DNA from: Octopus bimaculoides
Lineage: Eukaryota
NCBI RefSeq assembly: GCF_001194135.2
Contig: NC_068995.1
Span: forward strand, 13,561,937-13,625,936
DNA length: 64,000 bases
Direction: 5' to 3'
A program made the translations under genes and the position numbers. The notes beneath the pieces were generated by a model, which had not been told where the DNA came from, did not search any database, and saw nothing but the letters and a program-made list of their open reading frames with translations. This document shows positions 25,031 to 36,100 of this stretch, piece after piece (position 1 is the first letter of the stretch; the number at the start of each line of letters is the position of its first letter).

Positions 25031-26129
25031 AGTAATACCAGATTATCCTTTTAGAATTGTTTTATATGTAATAAAGGGCAATCATTAACAGTAATAAATT
25101 CAAATAAGCTTCCAGCTGAATATTACAATTGCAAGTAAAGACTTGTCAAATCACTTAACACCTCTAGCTTGCGATATGTTTCATATTCTGTTGGATATTC
25201 TCCCTCTCCCTCCAAGCTTTGTTTTTACACAGAAGGACATATTGAAGTGAAAGAAGAGATGATTAGAGAAGATGAGTTGATTAACAGACGTTATTAACTG
25301 GACTGTGATAAAAAGTAACCTGAAGACCCAGTTTTCAGCAACACGATAGTGCCAATGATAAATAAAAATAAAGTAGAGATGATGGAATAAGGATGGTACA
25401 GATTTGATGTAGAATAATTTGTATGCTGAGTATTGGTCTTCATCCTGTGCCACATATACGGAGAACTTCCTGTAAACACTAGCTATTTGCATGTTGACTG
25501 TGCAGCTACAATTAAAATGCCTTATAACATGTGTGCCACAAACAAAGAAACAAAATAAACCCTTTAAATTAAGTCTCTGAATGGAATTTTCTTCTGTATA
25601 TTACAGTACTTTGAAAATTTTTAAATCTTAATAAGAGTATAAATGCATTAATTATTGCCAAATTTTATTAGATGAGAAGCGTAATAACATTTTGACCATA
25701 TATGGAAGCATTTTCATGAACTGTGGCTACAAGTGGTAGATGCATGCTTCAAGCCTCATTAGCAGGACTGTTTTTCTTTTCTGTCTCAAATATATTGTAT
25801 GCACACACACACACACACACACACATATGTGTGTGTGTGGAAAAGGTTTTTTTTGACAAACCTGTAATTATTTCGTCTATGACTCTTCCTTATTTTCTGT
25901 TATATTCTATCTTAAACTTAACATTATCCAATACCATCATTTCTTTGTTTGTTTGGGCTTTTCTCTTTTGCTTTTTTTTTAATATTTAAATAATATGATT
26001 CGAAGGAGATTTAGTTACTATTCCAGCAGGTTAAGCAACCACAAAGAGCAGGGAATCAGCAACTTCTTTTAACAATGAATAAGTAATGGATCTGGTTTTT
26101 TTACTATTTGCCCATGGCCCCCATATATA

Positions 26130-26937
26130 CAGGATAGGCCAAAAGTCACGCACAAAATAAGTTCAATATGCTCCGGAATTGTCAAGGACATGCTTCAATT
26201 CTTCTAAAATTGAATAAAATAATGATGAATACACACATACTTATAATAATGAAATTATTGTATTCAGTGCTCAGGTGTCCTACAACTTGTCAAAAGCGCT
26301 TATAAAGCATATGCAATAATGTACAAATGTCTGGAAAGTGAACAATCTTTGAGTCAGATAAATGCTTATATGTATATAGAGGGGAAAAAATCAGGTGTAG
26401 TGTTGGCGAACCTCAGGAAGCATGGAAGTTTTGAAGGGTGCAGTGCTTGTACATGATGAACAAAATTAATAGTAGTAATATTAAGGTAATTGGGTGCAGG
26501 TGTAACTGTGTGGTAAGAAGTTTGCTTTCCTGCCACATGGTTCTGGGTTCAGTCCTGCTGCGTGGCACCTTTGGCAAGTGTCTTCTATTATAGCCTCAGG
26601 CCAATCAAAGCTTTTTGAATGGATTTCGCAAGACAGAAACTGAAAGAAGCTTGTCGTGTGTGTGTGTCTTTGTGTCTTAGTCCCCCACCACTGCTTGACA
26701 ACCGGTGCTGGTGTGTTTATGTCCCCGTAACTTAACGGTTCAGCAAAGAGACTTATAGAATAAGTACCAGGCTTAAAAACAAAAACAAGAAAAAAATAAG
26801 TACTGGTGGTAGATTCATTTGACTAAAAATTCAAGGCGGTGCCCCAGCATGGCCTCAGTCTAATGATTGAAACCTGTAAAAGAGATAATGTGAATAAAAT
26901 GTCAAATGTTTTGGTGCGTGACTTTTGGCCCACCCTA
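26130..26937. mobile_element. Tc1/mariner-type MITE with two nested retroposons
   Basis: TA|CAGGATAGGCCAAAAGTCACGCAC...GTGCGTGACTTTTGGCCCACCCTA|TA. Contains a SINE A (about 26490-26885, +) and a probable retroelement 3' end (about 26240-26450, -). Confidence 0.82.
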
Positions 26938-27754
26938 TATTATATCATTTTATTTATAAATAAAAATTTCCCCATGTATTCCTTACTTGAATCACTGACA
27001 ATACTTCTATAATCAAAAGTTAAATCATGACAAACTATCAAAAAGCCATCAGCTGCACAATCCCGCTTCCTACCATCTTTTGAATATGAAAACCTTTTTA
27101 GTAAAAATCTGAGGCCCTCACGGTACACCTCAGTACCTTACATCTTGCTGACCTCTGATTCAGAGGTACCCTCTTCGGCTCTGGCTTCCATTAACACAGG
27201 TGTACCCTTATTTGCTATGGTAATTTTATTCTTTGTTACTTTATTGCATGATGTCATCATCCACATTTATTTGTTAGAATTGGGGTGTTTTTCCCACTAA
27301 ATCTTAGCAAAACAGGGCAGCTGTGAGTAATTAATCGCATATAAACGGATGCAGTTTTGTTTCGTTTATTTCTAATGATTATATAACAAGATATTAATTT
27401 TGTCTCTATATTTCTTGACATATCTGTATATAGATACATATTTCTTTCCATTTACTCATATATATGTATATATATACATATATATGTGTGTGTATATATA
27501 TACATATGTGTATATATACATATATATGTATATATATATATATNNNNNNNNNNGCTGTAGAAACTCTGCCAGATCAGATTGGAGCCTGGTGTAGCCACCT
27601 GGTTCACCAGTCCTCGGTCAAATCATCCAACCCATGCTAGCATGGAAAGCGGACGCTAAACGACGATGACGATATGTATGTGTGTATATATACATACATA
27701 CAAATATATATATATATATGTATACATATATATTTATGTATATGAATATACATA

Positions 27755-28013
27755 CTGTAATGCCTCGCTTTACAAGACCACAGGTTTACGAATTTTATTT
27801 TATAATTAATATAAAAGATTAAACAGCCATTTTGTGAATGTGGCAATGTCACAACATGTAGCAACACTGGTCCTGATGCGTCTACACAGCAACGGAGTAA
27901 AAGGACGGCATAAAATTTCATTGCTTCTATGGGAAATTATTGCTCTGCTTTATGAGTTTTTGCTTTACGATGGTCTCTGGGAACAAATTAACTCATATAT
28001 CGAGGCATTATTA
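27755..28013. mobile_element. Tigger/pogo-like MITE
   Basis: TA|CTGTAATGCCTCG...CGAGGCATTATTA|TA imperfect TIRs; Tigger-like subterminal ATGGGAAATTATTGC. Confidence 0.65.
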
Positions 28014-28813
28014 TATACAAATGTGTATATAATGCATATGTGATACACACACACACACACACATATTTAGGTATCTGAATATACATACATATTAGTATAT
28101 ACAAACGTTTATAACGTATATATATATATAATATAGACACACACACATGCACATGTATATATACACATACATGAAAATGTATATGTGTATGTGTGTACAT
28201 ACAGACACACAGATACTTTATACTCATCCGTCCTCGCATTAAAAAGATTAGACTGCAACCGCAGCAATTTGCATGGCTACTTAGAAGCTCCTTCCTTTGC
28301 TTATATACGAATAAATGCACTCAAATCTAAATTTCTTTCCCCCAAATTTTTCATTACTTCCCATTGCATGAGGTTGTGTTTGTTTGTTTGATTTTTGTTT
28401 TTTTACATCCATCATTAGAATTAAAATTAAATTTTTTTTTACTTCTAAAGTGTTAAAACATTTTAATGTGTTTTATTCTCATTTCTAAAAATCTTTCTTA
28501 TTTCAAGTATGAAGAGATATAAAGATAGTTTTTTTTTTTTTTTTTTGTCTTACTTAAATATTATTATTATGTAATAACTAGTTACGTATTTAATAATATA
28601 GTGTTACTTGCACACCAACTTTTGCCTTTTAAAAATTTCATTTTCGATATTTTTATAACATTTTACTTACAATAACAGTTTATATTTTATTTGTATTGTT
28701 TGCTATAAAAAAAACATCAATAAAAGATATTCTAATAAAAAATAAATAAAAAAGAGAGTGTTTTTCTTATTTTTAAAATTTTTTGTGAGGTGTGAGCTTC
28801 AGGTTTTGACATA

Positions 28814-29120
28814 TGAGGTGATATCAAAAAGTACTCAGACTAGTTCTGTAATGTGCTAACAGATGGCAGTGTGCCATGTGACATCCCTATATTTACTTCA
28901 CGAGTTGTCAAATTTGTGTTTTTGTGGTCACATTTATGCTGTAGTATGATTTAGTCATGGACAGGAATAAAGAATTTTTTACGTTAAACTTGGGAAGTCT
29001 GCTACAGAGGCATTGAGCATGCATCACTGGCAAGCTTACAGTGACAAGACAATGGGGCATACACAATGTTTCAAGTGGCACAGGCATTTCAAAAGCGGAA
29101 GAATGTCCCTGGAAGACCTG
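28814..29120 (+). pseudogene. Mariner transposon 5' remnant (TIR and transposase N-terminal HTH)
   Basis: TA|TGAGGTGATATCAAAAAGTACTCAGACT; 28983-29117 translates VKLGKSATEALSMHHWQAYSDKTMGHTQCFKWHRHFKSGRMSLED. Confidence 0.85.
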
Positions 29121-29344
29121 CCATGAGTGTCACCCTCAGAAATATGGTATTCTCAGATTGTCATTTCATTCTCCAACATTCATCACCTCTAAAAGTGATG
29201 GAAATGCGGTACTAATCCAGGCTTAGTAAGCCACTGATATGACACTCAGTCCCCAGAAAATTTGTCACTCACAGAAACTTAGATCATAACTTAACTATTG
29301 ATCTGAAGGATCAAAATGTGAGGTGAGAATATACTTCAACTGTA

Positions 29345-29760
29345 AGTCACAAGAATGGTTGCGTGATTAAGAGCTTGTTTTCCAACTTCTTAGTTTTGGG
29401 TTCAGTTTCACAATGTGGCACTTTGGGCAAGTGTTTTGTATTCTCCTACTATAGTCCCAGGCCAAACAAAGCCTTGTGAAAAGATTTGGTAGACAGAAAC
29501 TGTATGAAGCTTTGTGTGTGTGTGTACCTCCTTGTCTTGTCATTGTGTGATACTTATAAACTGGTGTCACTGTCATACATGCAGTGTCATTCCTTTCCAT
29601 TTCCAATTTTCCATGAAAACATGTCCATCCCAAGAGAATTATTATTTTCTTGAAAACAACTCAGGACTGGTGACAGAAAAGGCATCCAACTGCAGAAAAC
29701 CTGCCTCAAGGCATTTCCTTCTGACCCATGCAAGCATGGAAAATGGACATTAAAACAATA
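29345..29760 (+). mobile_element. SINE with family A head, alternative body and RTE-type tail
   Basis: Head matches family A; body shared with the copy at about 50280-50570; ends CATGCAAGCATGGAAAATGGACATTAAA. Confidence 0.7.
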
Positions 29761-29929
29761 GGGGATGTCAACTATCACAGCTCTTTGCATTTAATTTACC
29801 CTGCTCTGGAGTTAGCATTTGCGAGGTGGATGAAATAAAACAAAATTCAAAATTCCTTGCAAGTGTGGAGTCAGTGAAAATGGTATTTTCTCCCTTTTTT
29901 TCAATATTAAAAAATCTGAAAATTATGAA

Positions 29930-29996
29930 TTGTAACAGATGGAGATTCTCTTTTGTAACAGATGGAGATTCTCTTTTGTAACAGATGGAGATTCTC
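29930..29996. repeat. Minisatellite, about 3 x 23 bp
   Basis: TTGTAACAGATGGAGATTCTCTT repeated; third copy truncated. Confidence 0.95.
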
Positions 29997-32900
29997 AGTT
30001 TGTTTCTGTGCAGCTTAGTGAATAATTCTTAAAATAAATTTGACACTGTCTGTGTTGGATAAATTAGAAAAAATTCCAAATTTATAACAGGTATGTTTAC
30101 TGTGGAAAAATAATGGATGTTTACATAGCAGAAAAGTTGAAATTTTGTTTTTCCAACAGAATCTCTCAATTGAACTAATTTAATGTGTTTTGGTGCAGCC
30201 AAATAAATAATTTGGAAGAAATTTGATATTAAGATCTTTTGAAATGAGAAGGTGGAGAGCTGGCAGAATGGTTAGTTTACTGAGCAAAATTCTTAGCAGC
30301 ATCTTGTCTGTCTTTATGTTCAGAGTTTAAATTCTGCCAAGACCAACTTTGCCTTTCAACCTTTTGGTGTCTATAAAATAGGTATCAACTGAGTGCTGGA
30401 GTTGATGTAATTGACCTACTCCATTCCCCGAACTTGATGGCGTTGTACCAAAATTTGAAACCAATATTATTCAGAATGAGGCAAAATTGTAGATTTTCGC
30501 ATAAATGAAATTGAAGATGATCAGTTCTATCTAACAGCTGCAGAATCTCTTAAGAGAAATATTTTAGCATACTTGAACTCTACAAAGTGAAAATAAATCT
30601 ATAAAGATTTTGCATTCTAAAAAATACAGAATCTTTTAACCCTTCATCACCATATTTTTATGATATATTTTGTTAATAATAATATAATGATAATTATATA
30701 GTTTGCTAATTGTAACAATTAATTTTGAAAATAATCATGAATTTGGAGAGATTTAATAAAATAGCTAACATTTTCATTCTTGAACTGATGTTTAGGGCAG
30801 CAAGCTGGCAGAATCAAAATGCTTACTGATATTTCTTCAAACTCTTCATATTCTGAGTTCAAATTCTACAAAGGCCTTCTTTACCTTTCATCCCTCCAGA
30901 GTTAACAAATAAAAGTACTGTACCTCAAAAATTACTGGCCTTCTGCCTAACTTAGAAATCACTATTCAATTAGTGTTCAGAACATAATTTAGCAAAAGGA
31001 TTTTAAACACATTTTTGGAGGAAGATTTTAATTTAGATATGAAAATTTTCATATAATAGGTTTTGTTGCAGAAAAGGATCACAAAGCAGATTTTGTATTT
31101 TCTTAACATCTGAACATGAATATGAACAGATGCTTTGTAAGCATGCGTGTATGTATGAATGTATGTATGTGTGCTGTGTGTGAGTATCAATGAATCTATC
31201 TGTCCGTCTTCTGTCTGTCTGTCTATTTAACTATCTCTACAGGCAGACAGACAGGCAGACAGACATACAGACTGACAGACAGATAGATAGATACTCACAC
31301 ACAAATACACACAACAGCTTTCCAAACAGTTTCTCTCCACCAAATTTCATTAATAAGGCAATAACCAGCCTAAAACTATGACAGAAGACATTTTGCCCGA
31401 AGGGCTGCATAGAGAATTGAAACAGAACCACATGGTTGCAAAGCAAACAACCACACTGACATGCTTGGAAACAGAAAATTGTTTATAGACTCAACTCATC
31501 AAGTGTTTCCCACTATATGACCATATTATAGGGCATTGCCCAATGAGCTTGCAAAAGATGAATTGTGGATGAGGACCTTTACTGCAGTCTAGTTATTGAG
31601 AAAAGGCATTCCACTGAGGCAGATAACAAAACCAGGGCTTTAGGGATGGATTGCTCTTTCTCATGTTTGTAAATGTTTGACACACAATAAACAATGGTTC
31701 AATAAATCACTGTTTATTGTTATTTTAACTATAGCTTAACTAAAGCTATGTATTATTTATTCTCATTGCTTATACAATGAGGTAGCCATTAAACAAAGAA
31801 GCCTGTATGGTGAGATGGGGGATTCATTTAACCTGATGAAAACAGCAACCGAATCTCCTTCAAGTTATATTTGAATATCTTAAAAGAGAGAACATGTATA
31901 ATGTTGTCATAGAGAATCTGCATCTGGAAAGAAAAAGGCAACATGAAATAAAATTAATGGCCACAGTTGGAATCTCTTTAAACATAGGTCTGCTTGTTTA
32001 TGTCTGACCTGGGACAAAACAGTGACAACAATATGCCTTGTGTTATTTGTTCCAACACTCTGCCCTCTAAGTTCAAATCCAGCTGGGGTCAACTTTGCCC
32101 TTCCTATACAATCCACTCAGTAAGATGGTTGGTATTAAGAAGGGCATCCAGTTGTAAAAACTCTTCCAAAACAGACAGTGAAGCCTGGTGCAGTCTTCTG
32201 CCTAGCCAGTCCCTGAGAAACTGTCCAACCCATGCCAGCATGGAAAATGGATGTTAAATGATGATGAGGAGGATAATGGTGATATATGTGTATCTGACTG
32301 ACCAAAATAAAAATTAGTACTGGGGTCGATTTGTCCGCCTTAGCCCTTCAGAGTGGTGCCTCAGCATGGCCGCAATGACTGAAACAAGTAAAAGGTGAAG
32401 GATGAAAGATATAGTCGTCCTCCAGTAGCAGACGATAAATGTAAACGCCTGATAGACTAGCAAATAATAACTAAGACAAAAAAAAATGATCTATTGCATT
32501 GGGTGTATCCTAACTTTCTATTTTTATTGAATTACTTCAAAGCTTTTTTAAAATTCATTGAAACTTTAGTATTAAATATTTAAACGATGGTCTATTTTAT
32601 ATTATATAACGATCTCTCATACTTACTAATATAATGTATTTCTTAGTTTCGTAAAAGAAGTAGTTTTATTCAATACCATTCAGGAAATGACCCTTAAAAA
32701 CAATTGTAAATAATTATTCTCGTTTATTTTTAAGCAGAATATATTACTTTTAGAATTTTGTTTTAACGACTTTACTTCTCTATTATTATATTATTTTACG
32801 GACTTTGTAGCAATTTGCAGAAGTGAACTGTCTGTATACATTTCAACATTCTCATATGTTCAATTATTTACGAGAAATGAAATGATTACAAAATTGAAAA

Positions 32901-33038
32901 TTCATACAATAATTTTATATTTAAAATAATATCGTAATTTTTTCCAAAATATGTTTTATGTATAAAGTTACAAAAAAAAAATATTAAACTAAAAATAACA
33001 TTTTCTTCGTACCTACTGTTTACTGTTGTCATCTCATA

Positions 33039-33053
33039 ATGGCTACGTCGTGA
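33039..33053 (+). promoter_or_regulatory. Candidate uORF (MATS*) upstream of ATG101
   Basis: ataATGG strong Kozak context; ATG GCT ACG TCG TGA ends 43 nt before ATG 33097. The TSS is unknown. Confidence 0.35.
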
Positions 33054-33099
33054 GTGACTAATTAAGCAACATTCTCTCACGTATTATCTGCTGTCCATG

Positions 33100-33129
33100 A
33101 TGAATGCACGGGCACAGGTACTAGAATTG
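33100..33129 (+). CDS. ATG101: ATG101 coding exon 1
   Basis: ATG AAT GCA CGG GCA CAG GTA CTA GAA TTG|gtaagt = [10 protein letters not shown] (human MNCRSEVLEV). Confidence 0.9.
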
Positions 33130-36100
33130 GTAAGTCAATAATGTCCTATCCATAAACATCGTAGTTTTTCTTTTTTTCTCGCATTTATTTCAGTCATCTC
33201 TAAATGTTTCTATTTATTATGTCTTCCAATTCTGATGACCAGTTTTTGTTCCCAGTGTGAGTCATTCCAATATTAGTTGTATTACCTACCACTGCGAATA
33301 ATGACGAGATTGGTTTCTTTTATTATCTTCTTCGAGTATATGGGACCTGGACATAGAACAATGAATTATCTAAAACCATTGCTGTGTGTAGGTAAAACAA
33401 CCCTAACCCTAAACACCTATTCTGGAGGAAAAGTGTTTAAAATTTTCTTAGCGTTACTACACTGTTTTGTTTTTTTCATTATTATTATTTCGACACAGTG
33501 TATCGAAGACTATATCATTTAATCTCTTTTACTTGTTTCAGTCATTTGACTGTGGCCATGCTGGAGCACCGCCTTTTAGTCGAGCAAATCGGCCCCCAGG
33601 ACTTATTCTTTGTAAGCCTAGTACTTATTATATCGGTCCTTTTTTGCCGAACCGCTAAGTTACGGTCACATAAACACACCAGCATCGTTTGCCAAGCATT
33701 GTTGGGAGACAAACACAGACACACAAACATACACACACGCATACATATATATATATATATACATATATACGACAGGCTTCTTTCAGTTTCTGTCTACCAA
33801 AATCTACTCACAAGGCTTTGGTCGGCCCGAGGCTATAGTAGAAGACACTTGCCCAAGGTGTCACGCAGTGTGACTGAACCCGGAACCATGTGGTTCGTAA
33901 GCAAGCTTCTTACCACACAGCCACTCAAACTTTTTTTTTTTTAATGTGACCTATAAGAGATTTCGCAACGATTTCTGGCAGATCGAGCGACCACAGTGAT
34001 TTCGTATTGTTCGGAAAATAGCATGTGTATTGATTAGAGAGATCGGACTGTGCTTATTGAACTGAATGACTCTAGTTTGCAGGGACTGATAGTGTTTAAA
34101 ACTGTCAGTGATAAAAACGATCGATTTATAGTTTAAAATATCATTACATTTTTATTTTAATTTATCTCATAATCTCTACAAAAACACGAGGCTCTCGTGT
34201 TGACCAGTTTCTTGTATAATTTTGGGCATCACTGTATATTGAGTGTTACCACTAACACTTTTCATAGTACTATTTAGTACAGGGTTTTTCAAACTGTGGT
34301 CCGCGGACCACAGGGGGTCCGCAAGGACAAGACAGGGGGTCCGTGCAGAGCCAAGCAAGCACATCCTTCTCACTAAGTATGTATTAAAAAAATCCTGTGT
34401 GTATAATTGACAATAAACCTATTTGTTAAATACTGTTAAATAAATAAATGTAAAAATATATGTTTTTTTAAGCAAATATGTATAAATTTCATAAGCGTTT
34501 ATAAGGGGGTCCCTAAGGTAAAGCCTGAAATATAAAGGGGTCCGCAAGTCAAAAAGTTTGAAAACCCCTGATTTAGTACATATTAAACAAAACTTCATCG
34601 TTAATACTGAAGGCTATTAAAAAAAATAGGGAATGTTACAAGCATTGATACCACATTAGTTAATTTGTAATGCTGCCGGGCTACACACCCTAATTCCTAG
34701 AATCTTTGTTGTTGTTTAGCCCCGAGTCAGCTTTGATCCAGTAGACCCATGATCAATGGCATTCCAACGATGACATGTCATTTTTGTCATTGGTTCAATG
34801 AATTCAGGACTGCATTATAAAACGGCAATGTGTGATATGAAGGTGAGTTGGCTGCTGTTTCTAGCAAGTCGAGTAACCACGTAGAGGCTTCCTCACTGGT
34901 TCAAGCAGCAAGAAATTTATTTTCGTGATACTGACCGTCCCTCTTTAGACTTTTGTGTGATGAACTGTCTATAGACACAAGTGTAGTGGGGTACTCGAAA
35001 AAGTTTCAAAAATATACTGAAAGACATCCTAATTTGTGTCACATTGATCCTGATGGCACCTGTGCCCAACGTCGCCTTTCTGGCACTTGTGCCCAGCGTC
35101 GCCTTTCTGGCACTTGTGCCCATGGCATGTGTAAGGACTTTCGAGCGAGATCGTTGCCAGTGCCCCTGGACTGGCTCTTGTGCGGGTGGCACGTAAAATA
35201 CACCATTTTGAGCGTGGCCATTGCCAGTACCGCCTGACTGGCCTTCATGCCGGTGTCACGTAAAAGCAGCCACTACACTCTCAGAGTGGTTGGCATTAGG
35301 AAGGGCATCCAGCTGTAGAAACTCTGCCAAATCAGATTGGAGCCTGGTGTAGCCATCTGGTTTCACGTGGACGTTAAACGATGATGATGGTGATGCCAAC
35401 AATAGTCTCTGGCCAGGACAGATGTCATCTCACAGGCCATCAGACCATCATCCTCTTCAAGAATTCTTGCACAACTGATGTAGGGAGAAGAGAACAAGTT
35501 TATTTTAATTGCAGAAGCTTAGTAAACTAGTCAAACTCTTACTTAGTGTAGTTGTAGAACATACTTGCTCTTGTATATGTCACCTGATTCACTAGCATGC
35601 TTGATGAAGTCAATTCTTTTTGTCCAATACCTAAACAACTTTTTCCATATTGGCAGAGTTTTTAGAGAATAGACCAAACTGCTTTGTGTTATTAGTTGGT
35701 GTGAAAATCTAGATTAAGCCCTGAGCTTCTGAAATGTTGCTAGGCATTCACAGTTTTCTATTGGTTGGACAATGTAGCCATTGATATTTCAACCTATTCA
35801 TTCTATGGAGGATTGTTGATAGGCAAGAGCACATTCTTGGAGAAATTCCCGACATCAGTGAAAATCAACCGAATGACCTATTTTGGAGGACTTCCAGCTT
35901 GAGGATTATTTATAGCAAGTGAGTTGACCCACATTCTGAAAGTGGCAAGAAGCTGGCAGAATCATCAGCAAGATGTTTAGTGGCGTTTCTTTTGGCTCTT
36001 AACATTCTGAGTTCAAATTTTACTAAAGTCAACTTTGCTTTTCATCCTTTGGGGTACCTCTTCAGTACTGGGGTCAATGTAATTGGCTAAACCCAAACCC

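Noticed and set aside
25231-25295. Plus-strand acceptor (ttacacag|aaggac) as an alternative anoctamin last exon
   Set aside because: In the required phase 0 it gives only KDILK*, with no anoctamin similarity.
29930-35121. Short direct repeats (23 bp and 27 bp) considered as a CRISPR array
   Set aside because: The units are contiguous with no unique spacers, there are no cas genes, and the context is eukaryotic.
34917-35248. ORFs with repeated GTSARKATL / AQRRLSGTC peptides
   Set aside because: They derive from the 27-bp tandem repeat and the RTE tail.
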